A DNA stretch of 64,000 nt from an uncultured Methanoregulaceae archaeon (GCA_963701095.1 OY969564.1:1952001-2016000); one strand, 5' to 3'. Counted from the stretch's first letter, positions 14,313 to 26,048 are shown. Notes: generated by a model from the sequence alone, not told the origin. Translations and numbers: made by a program.

Positions 14313-15917
14313 ATGGCAAACGCGAGAGTGCTCGTCAGTGATCCGCTGGCGGAAGAAGGGCTTGCGATCCTCAAGGAAGCCTGTATAGTTGACGTTAATA
14401 CAGATCTCAAGGAGGATGAACTCTGCAGGATTATCGGTGATTACGATGCCCTGATCGTGCGGAGCGGAACTGAAGTCACCGCAAAGGTAATCGAGGCCGG
14501 GAAAAATCTCAGGTTTATCGGGCGTGCCGGCGTGGGTGTTGATAACGTGGATGTTGAGGCAGCAACCCGTCAAGGAGTAATCGTTGCAAACGCACCTGAG
14601 GGAAACACTCTTGCGGCAACTGAGCACACGATGGCAATGATGCTCTCACTGGCTCGCAACATCCCGCAGGCCAGTGCGAGTCTGAAAAAGAAGGAATGGA
14701 AACGTTCGAAATTTATGGGCGTGGAGCTTAACGAGAAGACGCTGGGAATAGTCGGTTTTGGGCGGATCGGGCGTGAGGTGGCAAAACGAGCAAATGCGAT
14801 GGATATGAAGTGTGTCGCATATGACCCGTTTATTTCGAAGGAACGTGCTGCCCAGCTCGGCGTCAAGGTCATGTCAATTGAAGAACTTTTCAAAGTCGCA
14901 GATGTCATCACGGTTCACACGCCGCTCATCAAAGAGACAAAACATGTCATCAACGCAAAGAGCATTGCGACGATGAAGGATGGTGTGCGAATTATTAATT
15001 GTGCCCGTGGCGGTATTATCGACGAATCGGCCCTTTACGACGCAATAAAATGTGGAAAGGTAGCTGGGGCGGCACTTGATGTCTTTGAGACTGAGCCACC
15101 GCTTGAATCCCCTCTTCTTACCCTTGATAATGTGATAGTCACCCCTCATCTTGGGGCAAGCACTGTTGAGGCACAGAAGAATGTTGCGATTTCAGTGGCA
15201 AAACAATGTGTCGAAGTTCTTAGTGGCGGCTCCGCGAAGTATGTCGTGAACGCCCCAATTGTACCTACAGAGCATGCCGAGATACTGGAACCGTTTGCCG
15301 AGCTTGCAGAGAAGATGGGGCGCTTTGCTATTCAAACCGTTGAAGGACGGCTTTCTTCGGTTGAATGCATTTACGGAGGTGAGCTTTCCGCTTATGCGGG
15401 AAGCACGAAGTTTGTTACCCGGCTTGTCTTGAAAGGACTTCTTGATCCGATTCTTCAGACCCCTGTCAATATCGTCAATGCCGAATTTGTCGCAAAAGAG
15501 CGTGGCATTACGGTAAGTGAGACGGTTACCGAGGAAGCTCACGGATTTAAAAATCTCATCACAATCCGGGTAAAGACCGACAAAACCGAAGAAACCGTCT
15601 GCGGGACGGTGTTTGTAAAAGGCCGCAGCCGGATTGTCTCGGTTGACAAATATACGATGGATTTGATTCCCGAAGGTTATGTCATCGTCTCACGACACCT
15701 TGACAAGCCAGGGGTGATTGGCCGGGCATCCACAATTCTTGGAAAATGCAGCATCAATATTGCCGGCATGCAGGTTGGCAGGATCAATCCCGGAGAAGAA
15801 GCTCTTATGGTCCTGAATGTGGACAGCGAGGTTCCCGCGGAGGTAATGAAAGAGATCCGTTCAATGCCCGGGATTTTCTCTGCGACTTTTGCCAAAATAT
15901 CTTCGAAGAAGATCTAA
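14313..15917 (+). CDS. serA: D-3-phosphoglycerate dehydrogenase
   Basis: RAGVGVDN, GFGRIG, NCARGG, TPHLGAST, C-terminal ACT domain. Confidence 0.95.
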   Translation: MANARVLVSDPLAEEGLAILKEACIVDVNTDLKEDELCRIIGDYDALIVRSGTEVTAKVIEAGKNLRFIGRAGVGVDNVDVEAATRQGVIVANAPEGNTLAATEHTMAMMLSLARNIPQASASLKKKEWKRSKFMGVELNEKTLGIVGFGRIGREVAKRANAMDMKCVAYDPFISKERAAQLGVKVMSIEELFKVADVITVHTPLIKETKHVINAKSIATMKDGVRIINCARGGIIDESALYDAIKCGKVAGAALDVFETEPPLESPLLTLDNVIVTPHLGASTVEAQKNVAISVAKQCVEVLSGGSAKYVVNAPIVPTEHAEILEPFAELAEKMGRFAIQTVEGRLSSVECIYGGELSAYAGSTKFVTRLVLKGLLDPILQTPVNIVNAEFVAKERGITVSETVTEEAHGFKNLITIRVKTDKTEETVCGTVFVKGRSRIVSVDKYTMDLIPEGYVIVSRHLDKPGVIGRASTILGKCSINIAGMQVGRINPGEEALMVLNVDSEVPAEVMKEIRSMPGIFSATFAKISSKKI

Positions 15918-16023
15918 ATTTTCTTCCTTTTTATAAACCGTTTTTCAAACTGATAATGCACAGAAATTCTCGTCGTATGCGATTTTAATATGAAAAAGAT
16001 GTCTGCGACTTTGCAGCAGCGCT

Positions 16024-16356
16024 TTAAGGGGTTTGAACTTCTTCTTCAAAAATTTTAACCGTTACAGGAAGGATGTTTGGCCGCTTGTCGCTCATGATGT
16101 AGGTATATGCCATAACATGCACAAGGTACTCGAGATACCCCCTGGCGAAATCCGAAAGCCCCTGATGCCTCCGGCCGAATATCAGGATAACAAACCACTG
16201 AACAATCAGACAAATGGTGGCAAGAATACCATATATGCATGCGACGATGCCAATGAGAATCCAATAAACAATACGTATAAGGAGCTCCAGACGGCTTGCA
16301 TTGTGCACATACGTAAAGAGCTGAGTGGTTGGTGTAGGAATTACCTCTTCAGTCAT
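16024..16356 (-). CDS. DUF4389-like membrane protein
   Basis: SRLELLIRI...QWFVILIFGRR...AY...D.RP pattern. Confidence 0.7.
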   Translation of the reverse strand: MTEEVIPTPTTQLFTYVHNASRLELLIRIVYWILIGIVACIYGILATICLIVQWFVILIFGRRHQGLSDFARGYLEYLVHVMAYTYIMSDKRPNILPVTVKIFEEEVQTP

Positions 16357-16510
16357 AAAATACCTAAAATCTCTTTGAGGATTCTGCGCAATAAAATGAT
16401 CTCCTCGCCGATTATCATAAGATTGCTATCGGCATAGCACACATGAGAATAGAAAACATATATATAGTAATCTAAAATAAGTATATATTTAGTCAAAAAA
16501 CTCTATTCCT

Positions 16511-17228
16511 ATGGCGCAAGCGGTTAAGGATTGGATGGAAACGACGCACTTGGACCTCACCGATATCGCATCTCTCAGAATGGGGTTGTCCCGCCCCCAT
16601 CGGGAAGTACTTCGCCGAAATGTCATGGTTCCGGACAGTTGGGGAATATTTGACAAGATTAGGCATTATATGCCTCTTTGTTCTATTTTAGCCGGTGAAT
16701 TAACACGTGATGCGATATTTGCAGCACGGTCATTTTCTGATGAAACGGCCGGGCTGGAGAAACTCGGCCATGCGATGCACTTCCTGCAGGACGCGGGAAA
16801 TCCCTGGCATGCCCGTCCGCTTCTCCCGAAATGCCAGAAAAATCATGCAATCTACGAAGAATATGTCGCCAGGAATATGAGGGCGGGATTCTGCTTTCGT
16901 AACGCACTCATAAATTCCTCTGAAAGACGGATTCTCCATCCCCAGTTCACACGAAGGATAGGAGATGGTACATGCATATCTTGCCCGGGAGGCTGTTAAA
17001 AAATTTCCATTCCTTGACGGATGTATCTGCAATGATCCGGCATGGCAAGAAAACGACGAAGTTGCAACGGTAACCCTCTCCCTGCTAACAGCGTGCCTGC
17101 AGATGTGCGAAACCCAGATTTATTCATTTTCAATTCGAGCGGAATCGCAGATATTAAGGCCAATGCATTTGCCGGTTGCGGTAACCTGGACTTTTCTTGG
17201 ATCTGATAATAGAAGGCTACCTGCGTGA
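16511..17228 (+). CDS. Zinc-dependent phospholipase C/P1-nuclease-like protein (frameshift near 16972)
   Basis: N-terminal W..TTH, LGHAMHFLQDAGNPWH, H..YE zinc-ligand pattern; continues in ORF 16965-17228. Confidence 0.65.
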
Positions 17229-17274
17229 AATATTATGAGAACTGGTGCATCATGATAAACGGGAACGGAAACTG

Positions 17275-18360
17275 ATGGGATCGGTATTTGTCTCTCCACT
17301 AAACTGGGGGCTTGGTCATGCATCACGAGATATATCCATCGTCAAAGAATTGCTCAGCCGAGGGCATGAAGTCACCATAGGTACCAGTGGAAACGCACTT
17401 GCATTTCTGAAAAAAGAGTGTCCTGAATGCAAATTTATTCAATTTGAGGATTATCCAATCCCGAACAATAATGGGAGGATCTTCCTGCCGACATATTCGG
17501 CTTATATTCCTCTCCTTATTGAAGCCTATTTGTCTGAACGTAAAAAAGCAGAAAAAATATTCTCAAAACACAGTTTTGATCTCATTATCAGTGATTCCCG
17601 TTCTGGCGTTTTTTCAGAAAAAGTGCCTTCTATCCAGATTACCCATCAGCTTCATCAGAGTCTTCCACTCATTGCATGGCCGCTCGAACTGCTCGGTGTA
17701 TACGTTCAGGCTGACGCATTCTCAAAATTTACCAGAGTCGTAGTGCCGGACAATCCCCCGGGGAGGGGGGCTCTTGCGGGGAAATTGGCACGCACTTTTG
17801 TCCCCTCTCTCCAAGATCAGATTTATTACTGCGGAATACTGGCAAGTGTCCGAAAAGAACCGGTGAAAAAGGATATCGATTACCTAATTGTCATTTCTGG
17901 GATGGAACCTCAGCGTACGGCGCTTGAAAAAATCCTAATGAGACAGATTCCACTACTCCCCGGGAGGAAGGTAGTCCTGCTTGGAAAACCTTCAATCGAT
18001 AAGGTGAGCACAATGGATGACGGAACCGTAATCTATACCTATATCTCCAATAAAGAAAAGTCGGAGCTCATGTCCCGGGCGCGGTTCATTATCTGTCGTT
18101 CTGGATATACCACAATGATGGATATCGCCGAAGCCGGCTTAAAAAATGGACTCTTCATTCCGACGCCGGGCCAATGGGAACAGGAATATCTTTCTCGTTA
18201 TTACGAAAATGAAGGATGGTTTTTCTCCAGAAGCCAGTATGGGCTTCGGCTCCAAAACGACATCAATCGGAGTGCTGGTTTCTCCGGATTTCCTGCAATG
18301 ACAACGACAGAAAAGAACGTTTCAAGGCTCTACCAGGATGTATTATCAGATTATCTCTAG
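17275..18360 (+). CDS. GT-B glycosyltransferase (family 28-like)
   Basis: WGLGHASR, ICRSGYTTMMD, PTPGQWEQ. Confidence 0.85.
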   Translation: MGSVFVSPLNWGLGHASRDISIVKELLSRGHEVTIGTSGNALAFLKKECPECKFIQFEDYPIPNNNGRIFLPTYSAYIPLLIEAYLSERKKAEKIFSKHSFDLIISDSRSGVFSEKVPSIQITHQLHQSLPLIAWPLELLGVYVQADAFSKFTRVVVPDNPPGRGALAGKLARTFVPSLQDQIYYCGILASVRKEPVKKDIDYLIVISGMEPQRTALEKILMRQIPLLPGRKVVLLGKPSIDKVSTMDDGTVIYTYISNKEKSELMSRARFIICRSGYTTMMDIAEAGLKNGLFIPTPGQWEQEYLSRYYENEGWFFSRSQYGLRLQNDINRSAGFSGFPAMTTTEKNVSRLYQDVLSDYL

Positions 18361-18375
18361 GATGGATGTGTAACA

Positions 18376-18669
18376 ATGCAAAAAAGTTTCAACGAATGCA
18401 ATCTTCAGGATCATATTGACCGGGAACCCGTGGTATTGTTCTCGCAAACTCTGGATAAACTTGCTTTTACCTGGAGCGTCGGCATCGGCATCGGATACGC
18501 ATTTCTGATTTCTTTTTTCTGCTGGATTGCGTACAGGTGTTTTCTCATATACAGCGCATACCGGGCCGGAGATTATCTCTTCATCACCAATGAAATAAAA
18601 ACCGATGTTTTCATCAGCGCCGGGTATTTTGGAATAGCGATGATTCTTCGAAAAAAGGGATATATATGA
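18376..18669 (+). CDS. Small membrane protein
   Basis: Two hydrophobic segments; follows the glycosyltransferase. Confidence 0.55.
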   Translation: MQKSFNECNLQDHIDREPVVLFSQTLDKLAFTWSVGIGIGYAFLISFFCWIAYRCFLIYSAYRAGDYLFITNEIKTDVFISAGYFGIAMILRKKGYI

Positions 18670-18928
18670 CCTTAGTGGGAAATGGGATGGTAAAAAACCT
18701 TTTTTAGAGCAGAAGTTTGAAAAAAATGGTCGTATTCCAAAGACAATACCGGATAATTTAAAAAATACAAGTTATTGGCGAAGTGCAAACAGGCATTCGT
18801 GAATGAATAAAACGAAATGTTAAAGTGAGAGACAGAAAGAGATCAATGAACTGAAAATCTGGATCGATCTGGTGATTCATATCAATTGCCTTAGTAATGC
18901 TTCAGGTTATTCAGTTTGAGCAGATGTC

Positions 18929-19519
18929 ATGTCGAACGATGAAGAAACAAACAGGAACAACATATTCCTCATGGACAAGACCGCAAACCCGGCACCGCTT
19001 GGGCTATGCGCATTTGGGACAACAACTATTCTTCTCAGTCTTTGGAATGCCGGTATAATCGGGTTAAGCAGCCCAATTATCGCAATGGCAATTTTTTACG
19101 GTGGAATAGCCCAGATCATTGCCGGACTCATGGAATGGAAAAAGAACAACAACTTCGGGTTTTTAACCTTTGTTAGTTTTGGGTTCTTCTGGATGACTTT
19201 TGCCGGGGTTCTTATGCTTCCCGTTCTTGGTCTTGCAAAAGCACCTCAGCCGACTGATCTTGCTGCATTCCTAGCGGTTTGGGGGATCGTCGCATTCGGT
19301 CTTTTAATCTGTACTATGAAAATGCACCGAAGCCTTCAGGCTACCGTCCTTGCCGTATTCCTTCTGATTGCTCTTCTCGTTGCTGCAGAACTGACGGAAA
19401 GCGGTCTCATCAAATTAGCTGGAGGGGTAATGGGAATTATTGCCGGAGGTCTTGCCCTCTATATTGGCTTAGGTCAGGTTATTAACGAAATCCACAACCG
19501 GAAAATATTTCCGGTATAA
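18929..19519 (+). CDS. GPR1/FUN34/YaaH (SatP) acetate transporter
   Basis: ANPAPLGL and FYGGIAQIIAG signatures; six hydrophobic segments. Confidence 0.92.
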   Translation: MSNDEETNRNNIFLMDKTANPAPLGLCAFGTTTILLSLWNAGIIGLSSPIIAMAIFYGGIAQIIAGLMEWKKNNNFGFLTFVSFGFFWMTFAGVLMLPVLGLAKAPQPTDLAAFLAVWGIVAFGLLICTMKMHRSLQATVLAVFLLIALLVAAELTESGLIKLAGGVMGIIAGGLALYIGLGQVINEIHNRKIFPV

Positions 19520-19652
19520 TCTTTTTCTTATCCGAGTGAATCTTCGTTTGAAAACGTGATGCAAGTAACATTCTGTCCATTTATCCGCCTGTGGCGCTGG
19601 CAAATCTTATTAATAATAGGATGACAGATGTTATAGAGCATCAGACTAATGC

Positions 19653-19726
19653 GGGCTCGTGGTCTAGTTGGCTATGACGTCGCCTTGACATGGCGGAGGT
19701 CCTGAGTTCGAATCTCAGCGGGCCCA
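19653..19726 (+). tRNA. tRNA-Val(GAC)
   Basis: GGGCTCG/CGGGCCC stem, anticodon arm TCGCC-TTGACAT-GGCGG, T-loop TTCGAAT, downstream T-tract. Confidence 0.97.
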
Positions 19727-19871
19727 TCCTTCTTTTTTCGAGGTATTTTCCAGAATTGATAAAAAAAATACCTTCATTGCGACTTTTCATTGGGAAACAT
19801 GAAAAAAAGGAAGTAACTTTCAACAAGAAGATCCAGTGCCCTTTACGGATTGGATCCGTATCTATCTCTTC

Positions 19872-20156
19872 TTAACGACTGTTTCCTTCATTGACCGGTT
19901 TTCTGGTATCTTCATACAAAAGCCAGATGGCATAAAGCATTGAAACGCATGCTGCGAATAAAATAACGGTATTCAATCTGGGCAGCCCGTTTGGGTAAAA
20001 GATACGGACTCCTTCAAATAAGGCAAGAAGCGCAAACGTTATCGCGATGAGCCATCCATAACCCCGTTCGTTCCTGGTAGCGACAAGAACTGCAAGAATG
20101 ACAATGGCAAATTCGAAAATGACCGTGAAAAGAGAGATGAATTCCACGATATCCAT
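19872..20156 (-). CDS. Small membrane protein
   Basis: Three hydrophobic segments. Confidence 0.65.
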   Translation of the reverse strand: MDIVEFISLFTVIFEFAIVILAVLVATRNERGYGWLIAITFALLALFEGVRIFYPNGLPRLNTVILFAACVSMLYAIWLLYEDTRKPVNEGNSR

Positions 20157-20251
20157 AGTTCTGGATGGATATTTCCGGTAATATCTTTTTCGGTTGTTGA
20201 ATAGATGACGGGAATTCGCATCTATAAAAAGTTAAAAGATTTCCATTCCTG

Positions 20252-21547
20252 TTACGCTGAATCTCCTGCGTAGTTATTAGCAATTTCCTGAGGGGTTAGG
20301 GCACGGTTGTAGAGTGCGGTCGATCCAATTAATCCGGTGTAATAGAAGGCATCGCCGGGACCGGAGGCAGAGTTCTGTTCTCCTATATTTACTGGAAAAT
20401 TATTATTGTTTGCAATATTGACTAGCCCGTTTGGTGTTTGAGGGGTTGTTACACCTGATTCTGGATCCGGCACATTGCTGTTGTCATAATTAAGGGGTTG
20501 GGCTACACCATTGTCGTAAATTGTCAGATGACCGCCTGAGACGGTTGCAGTTATATAATTCCATGCGTTTGCCTGGATAGGTGCAGTGGTAGTGATTGCC
20601 TGGTAATGCTGGCCGTTCGTGGCATCATTCCATTCAAATAATATCTGGTTACCCAATTGGAAGATCTGGTAATTATCGTTCTCGTTAGTGGAACTGCTAC
20701 CGGGACTGGTTGTCTGACCTTTCCCAATAAGCTGTTCCCAGCCGTTTCCACTGGAACTATATGGAATAGCCTGAGTGGGATCGAACCACATGGAAAGGGA
20801 CATATCTCCGGTGAAGGCGAGACCCGTAGAATCTGGGATCGTGACAGATGATTGTCCATTAAAATAAGTTGCGCTCATATTCCCGGGTCCGATAGGTGAG
20901 GAAAAAAGGTTTCCGTTTATATTTTCGGTTATGGGATTACAGTTCACATCATAGAATTTGCCGGTCCCGGTATTGAGAAATCCTCCGGCCACCGGGAGGG
21001 ACGTTCCCCCGTTTTTTACTGTTTCCGAAACTGAATTTGCAAGGACATGCACATTCTCATCAATCATCTGGATTGTCCATGTACCAATGGCCATGGGACG
21101 GAGCAGCCCAGTCGGCTGGGTCTGGCTTACTATGTAGTTACATTGCGTTGCGGCAGGAGAACCATTTGGATAGATGTAGAGTGTTTTGCCGTAAAGGGGC
21201 CCCCTAATGCTGCTCGCGTCAGGAATCAGCGTCTGCCCGGAGGGGCTGATCGCTTTAAATGTCACCTGGGTGCCATTTGCACCGATAGTTTGTCCGGTAA
21301 GGTAAAATGCATCACCGGCTTCAGGCAGGTATGTCAGTATATCATCCGAAATACCCCCTGGTTGTGGGAGTGTGTCTATTTTGGCACTTCCTGCGACATA
21401 AACACTTTTTTTGGTAAACAGAGGGTTGAGCGCGCCACTAAATGCAGCGTAGGCAATTGCAGCGATCAGGATCACGAGGATAATGATCAGGATCTCTGCG
21501 GCCATCTCGGAGACTCCGGAGTTTGTTTTTGGCTCTCTCATGGTCAT
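20252..21547 (-). CDS. Archaeal type IV pilin-like protein with C-terminal LamG/ConA-like domain
   Basis: Class III signal-like SG-VSEMAAEILIIILV; C-terminal WNYITAT...IYDNG...LYNRALTPQEI. Confidence 0.8.
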   Translation of the reverse strand: MTMREPKTNSGVSEMAAEILIIILVILIAAIAYAAFSGALNPLFTKKSVYVAGSAKIDTLPQPGGISDDILTYLPEAGDAFYLTGQTIGANGTQVTFKAISPSGQTLIPDASSIRGPLYGKTLYIYPNGSPAATQCNYIVSQTQPTGLLRPMAIGTWTIQMIDENVHVLANSVSETVKNGGTSLPVAGGFLNTGTGKFYDVNCNPITENINGNLFSSPIGPGNMSATYFNGQSSVTIPDSTGLAFTGDMSLSMWFDPTQAIPYSSSGNGWEQLIGKGQTTSPGSSSTNENDNYQIFQLGNQILFEWNDATNGQHYQAITTTAPIQANAWNYITATVSGGHLTIYDNGVAQPLNYDNSNVPDPESGVTTPQTPNGLVNIANNNNFPVNIGEQNSASGPGDAFYYTGLIGSTALYNRALTPQEIANNYAGDSA

Positions 21548-21826
21548 CTTTCATTATAATTATAGAGATTTCTGTGTTATCTCTCTATTCATGCGACCCA
21601 AACCCGATTTATTTTGAATTACTCGTGGCGTTACTGGTAGACATCCCTGGGTGAATCTGAACAAGGGCCGAGAAGGCAACCCTCATTATCGATAACGACG
21701 AACCTTTTTCCACCAGAAGAAAGTGCCGGTGAATATCTGTAAAGTCTGGGGGGTATCGATACCCGGAGGCCTTTAAAGAATAGGCCACTTTTATAACCGG
21801 CCTCCTATGTTTGAGGGAACAAAGAA

Positions 21827-22960
21827 ATGCGGATACTATTTGTTGTTTGCGGAGAAGGACTTGGGCACTCTTCCCGATGCATTCACCTTGGACATTATCT
21901 GGAGCAGCAGGGCCATTTTGTTAGTTTTCTCGCATACGGAAAATCCTATGACTTCTTCCATGATCACGGATGCAACGAAGTCTATCGGGGGGAACATGAA
22001 GTGTGTCTTGAAGGGGAGAATGGCTTCTTCTCTCTGAAAAAGACCCTTTGGTGTTCACGGTGGATTGCCTTTAACCTGGTTAGATCTGGCCTGCTGGTTC
22101 GACGGCTTATCAAGGAACACGAGATTGATTGTGTTGTCTGCGACACGATGTATGCCGGGGTTATTGCGGCACGTTTCCGGAAAGTTCCGGTTGTCTTTAT
22201 AACGAATCAGAACAGGTTCAGTGGTCCTGGGGGCGAAAAAAACCCTGTCTGGAATGTTCTCAATTTTTTGATAAGGAGATATCTCAAGCTTGCCGATACT
22301 GTTATCGTACCTGATTACCCATCCCCACAAACCGTGAGCGAATATAACCTCCTCATTCCGGATCGGGAACGGCAGCATTATCATTTTACCGGGCCATTTC
22401 TGGAGATCGATCTCTCCAGGTATCACTTCGGGAAAAAAACTATTTTCACCAGCTTCGGAGGAGAACCCTACAAACTCCCCCTTTACCGTTTGCTTCGGGT
22501 GATTGCCGATAAAAGAAAGGATCTGGTCTTTGATGTATTCTATACCGGGGCCGTTCTTCCGGAATCTTCGGATAATTATCTCTCACACGGGTATGTGCCT
22601 AACCTCTATGAGCATCTTGCTGAAGCACAGATTGCAATTGTGCACGGTGGGCTGACGACCCTGCATGAAACATTGCTCTTTACAAAACCTGTCCTTATCA
22701 TCATGGACCCGGGTCACCCTGAGCAACAGAATAATGCAAAAAAAATCGTCGATATGGGGGCAGGAACCGTAGTCGATGGAAGGTCAGTAACCCTGGATCT
22801 TCTCGAACAGAAGATCGAGGAAACGATGGCACTTACACCACACATCAGCGGAAGTGATCTTGCATCAATAAATGGCACGAAAAATGCAGCTATGATCATC
22901 GAATCGGTGGGTCGCGGAAAATCAAGAATTTTAAATAAAGAGATCACTAAAAAAAAGTAA
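21827..22960 (+). CDS. GT-B glycosyltransferase (MJ1255-like, family 28)
   Basis: CGEGLGHSSR, HGGLTTLHE, HPEQQNNA. Confidence 0.85.
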   Translation: MRILFVVCGEGLGHSSRCIHLGHYLEQQGHFVSFLAYGKSYDFFHDHGCNEVYRGEHEVCLEGENGFFSLKKTLWCSRWIAFNLVRSGLLVRRLIKEHEIDCVVCDTMYAGVIAARFRKVPVVFITNQNRFSGPGGEKNPVWNVLNFLIRRYLKLADTVIVPDYPSPQTVSEYNLLIPDRERQHYHFTGPFLEIDLSRYHFGKKTIFTSFGGEPYKLPLYRLLRVIADKRKDLVFDVFYTGAVLPESSDNYLSHGYVPNLYEHLAEAQIAIVHGGLTTLHETLLFTKPVLIIMDPGHPEQQNNAKKIVDMGAGTVVDGRSVTLDLLEQKIEETMALTPHISGSDLASINGTKNAAMIIESVGRGKSRILNKEITKKK

Positions 22961-23055
22961 CCCGTTAGAAGAATAGTGATTTCTGCGGTTACAACGCAAA
23001 ATTCGTCGAGGATTTGAAACTCTGCCGCTCACCGTAGCAATCTCATTCTGATCTG

Positions 23056-24708
23056 TTATGCTGAGTACGCCTGTGCTGATTTTGACTGCCTGTGGTACCT
23101 TCCCCTTAAACTATCAAGTGACTCGATCTCAGATGTGTCTTTGTCGTCTCGTATTCTGATAAACCGGGGGAAACGGAGGGCAAACCCCGCTTCATACGTC
23201 GGGCTGACCTGAAGTTCGGCATACCCGACCTCAAAGACAAGTTCGGGTTCGAAGCGCACCTCTTTTCCGGCACTTGAGATGACCGAATCCTTGAGAAGAT
23301 CATATACCTCGCCTAATTGTTCATCAGAAAAGCCGGTTGCCACACGGGATAGGGGAATGAGTTTTCCCTGATCCTGGCAGGCTAACAAAAATGATCCAAA
23401 AACATGCGCCCGTTTCCCCTCACCCCATTCTGCACCTATTACAGCGAGATCGAGGGTATCTACTTCAGGCTTGATCTTTATCCAATTTTTTCCCCGCTGG
23501 CCTGGAGTATAGGATGAATCGGGGACCTTGAGCATAACACCTTCGTGGCCGGCGGCAAGCGCTTCCTGGTACGTTTGTTCTATTACTTTCGGATCAGCAC
23601 TCACAACTTGAGGGGCAACATAGTGTTTTACAACATCTACAAGGATCTTACGTCGTTCAAAAAAAGGTAGATCGATAAGTGTCCTGCCATCAAGGTAGAG
23701 TATATCAAAAACATTAGGGACCATCCTGATTTCTTCCTGTGCCCCGGCAACATTATGTCGGCGCCGGAATCTTCGTAAAACAGACTGGAATGGCATTGGC
23801 TTATCGTCTTTAATGGCGATTACTTCACCGTCGAGAATCACGTCATGCTCTGTGGCTCCTTGCAGAAAGGCGATCACATCAGGGAGAGCCGCACTTACAT
23901 CTTCAAGCCGGCGCGAATACATCATAGTTTTTTCTCCCTGTTTGTGGAACTGGAACCTCGAACCGTCATATTTGAATTCTACAGCCACTTCACCGTGATC
24001 TTCTACCATGCCGGTGATGGTTCCCTGCTGGGCGAGCATCATCCGCACCGGGTGGAAAAGTGTTATATGAACATTACGGAGAGAATCAGGCCCCATTTTT
24101 GCAAGCCGTGCCACCTCTCCTACGTCATTTATTGCCTGCATCGCGTGCTCAACAAGGTCCGGATCGACGGAGAACGCTTTGGCAATAGCCTCACGAACTG
24201 TCCCTTCTCCCACGCCTATTCGAAGCTCCTCAAGCATGATCCTTGTCAGATACCTGCATTCGAGAGGGCTGGCCTCACCGAGCAGCTGCTTTACCATACG
24301 CATTTTTTCTTTTTGCGATGTTGCACCGCCACGGGCTGCTATGCTGACAAGTATGTTGTAAATATCGACAATTTCAAGGTCCTGGGAAGAGAGCGACACC
24401 TGTGATTTTTTCGACAGGAGTTTTTCAACGGCCTTCCCGACATCTCCTTGATTATTGATCATCTGAATAACGTTTTCCTTCTTTATACCGGCAACATAAC
24501 CAACGGATTCATACAGGAGGTTAGGACCAATACCGAGTTTTTGCGAACTCCAGTCGGGAAAGATTTTCCCCATGATAAACCGGACAAAAATAGGAAGTTC
24601 CATGGGGGACAATACCGGCAGCACCTTACTTATCACTTCCGTCATCTCTAGGCGGCCAGAGAGACGCTCGATCTCTTCGCAGCACCTTGAGAATTCTGAG
24701 AATAGCAT
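23056..24708 (-). CDS. lig: ATP-dependent DNA ligase
   Basis: [37 protein letters not shown]. Confidence 0.96.
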   Translation of the reverse strand: MLFSEFSRCCEEIERLSGRLEMTEVISKVLPVLSPMELPIFVRFIMGKIFPDWSSQKLGIGPNLLYESVGYVAGIKKENVIQMINNQGDVGKAVEKLLSKKSQVSLSSQDLEIVDIYNILVSIAARGGATSQKEKMRMVKQLLGEASPLECRYLTRIMLEELRIGVGEGTVREAIAKAFSVDPDLVEHAMQAINDVGEVARLAKMGPDSLRNVHITLFHPVRMMLAQQGTITGMVEDHGEVAVEFKYDGSRFQFHKQGEKTMMYSRRLEDVSAALPDVIAFLQGATEHDVILDGEVIAIKDDKPMPFQSVLRRFRRRHNVAGAQEEIRMVPNVFDILYLDGRTLIDLPFFERRKILVDVVKHYVAPQVVSADPKVIEQTYQEALAAGHEGVMLKVPDSSYTPGQRGKNWIKIKPEVDTLDLAVIGAEWGEGKRAHVFGSFLLACQDQGKLIPLSRVATGFSDEQLGEVYDLLKDSVISSAGKEVRFEPELVFEVGYAELQVSPTYEAGFALRFPRFIRIRDDKDTSEIESLDSLRGRYHRQSKSAQAYSA

Positions 24709-24857
24709 GTAGTATCCGTTGAGTGCGTTGGCGACTGAAGCATTAACATTTTACTGTCTCTCTGAAACGGCAACCACGTTTTTGTATCCATCGAAAGGTA
24801 AAAGTATTTTTAATTTCCTGCCGATAATTCATGCAGCATATATAATGGAATATTCTT

Positions 24858-26048
24858 ATGGTTGACGAGTGGCAGCCCGAAGCCGTTATCAGGCTGAGAC
24901 TGGAACGTCTTAAAAAAGAATTTGTTGAATATATTTCCGTCAACAGGGAAAAAATAGACAGCAATATCCCGGTTTTTTTTGGACAGGTGATTGCATCTCT
25001 TGACAAGTCCCTGCCCGACTTAAGCGAAGAGCTTTTTGACCAGTTCATTGACGCAATGGCGTTTGCTGTTCTGGAGTCCTCGAACCGGTCTGATGATATT
25101 CCATTTGTTGAGAAACTTTTCGACTATGCATTACGTAATAAGCGCGGGAACAGGAACCGGGCGGTTTATGATATTCTTCTTGGCATGAAAATGATCAATA
25201 CCGGAAAGTATGCCGAGGGCGCTGAGCAGCTTAAGAAGTACCGGTCTGTCGATGTCATTATTTGTCCGGCAATTGCGTACTGCTACTTCGTCCTTTCGAC
25301 CCAGCAGACTCCCGTCGACAGAAGTGGCGAATCCCAGCGACTCAAGGATATGTCACTAGCCGCCCGGGAGCAGATGATCGAGCTTGTCCGGCTCAAACCT
25401 CCGATAAACAGGCTCCAGGATCTTGAGATAGCCGAAGATCCACGGATAAACAAGATCTTCTGGTTTATGATCAAACAGGCAATTGATTGGTTCCCCAGCG
25501 AACGCGAGTTTCTCCGTATCGGTATTGACAAGGCGTCGCGCGACGGGAGACGAGACCTAAAAGAAGAACTTCTTAATATCGCGATCGAGCGTTTCTATAA
25601 TGACATGTTCTTTTTGCGTGAGCTCTATAAGCTCAAGCTTGAGAACCGGGACGCTGGCGGTGTTGCCGGTGTCGTTAAACAAATGACCCAACAATACCCC
25701 GATGAAATTGAACCGATATATTATGGCATTAAACTTTCAATCATCACCAGTCGGATGGATACCTATTTCAGGTTCCGGAAACTTGCGACAGGGAAGAATA
25801 TCCCTCTTCAGGCTCTTCTCCTGCTGGACTATTCTTTTGAAGTTATGAGCGGTAAACAGGCTGATGCAGTTGCATGCATGGACGAGATCAAAAAACGCTT
25901 TGGTCCCCAGCACTTTTTTGTCACGCTGTTAGAGTACGTTGCACACGATTTTCGTTCTGACGATTCAGGGAAAGTCAAACGATCCAAGAAGGCAATCTTC
26001 GACGCAATTGATCAGTACTGCATGAAGCTACTCAAAATTGAGGCATGA
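24858..26048 (+). CDS. Hypothetical helical protein
   Basis: 396-aa ORF with helical/TPR-like composition. Confidence 0.7.
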   Translation: MVDEWQPEAVIRLRLERLKKEFVEYISVNREKIDSNIPVFFGQVIASLDKSLPDLSEELFDQFIDAMAFAVLESSNRSDDIPFVEKLFDYALRNKRGNRNRAVYDILLGMKMINTGKYAEGAEQLKKYRSVDVIICPAIAYCYFVLSTQQTPVDRSGESQRLKDMSLAAREQMIELVRLKPPINRLQDLEIAEDPRINKIFWFMIKQAIDWFPSEREFLRIGIDKASRDGRRDLKEELLNIAIERFYNDMFFLRELYKLKLENRDAGGVAGVVKQMTQQYPDEIEPIYYGIKLSIITSRMDTYFRFRKLATGKNIPLQALLLLDYSFEVMSGKQADAVACMDEIKKRFGPQHFFVTLLEYVAHDFRSDDSGKVKRSKKAIFDAIDQYCMKLLKIEA

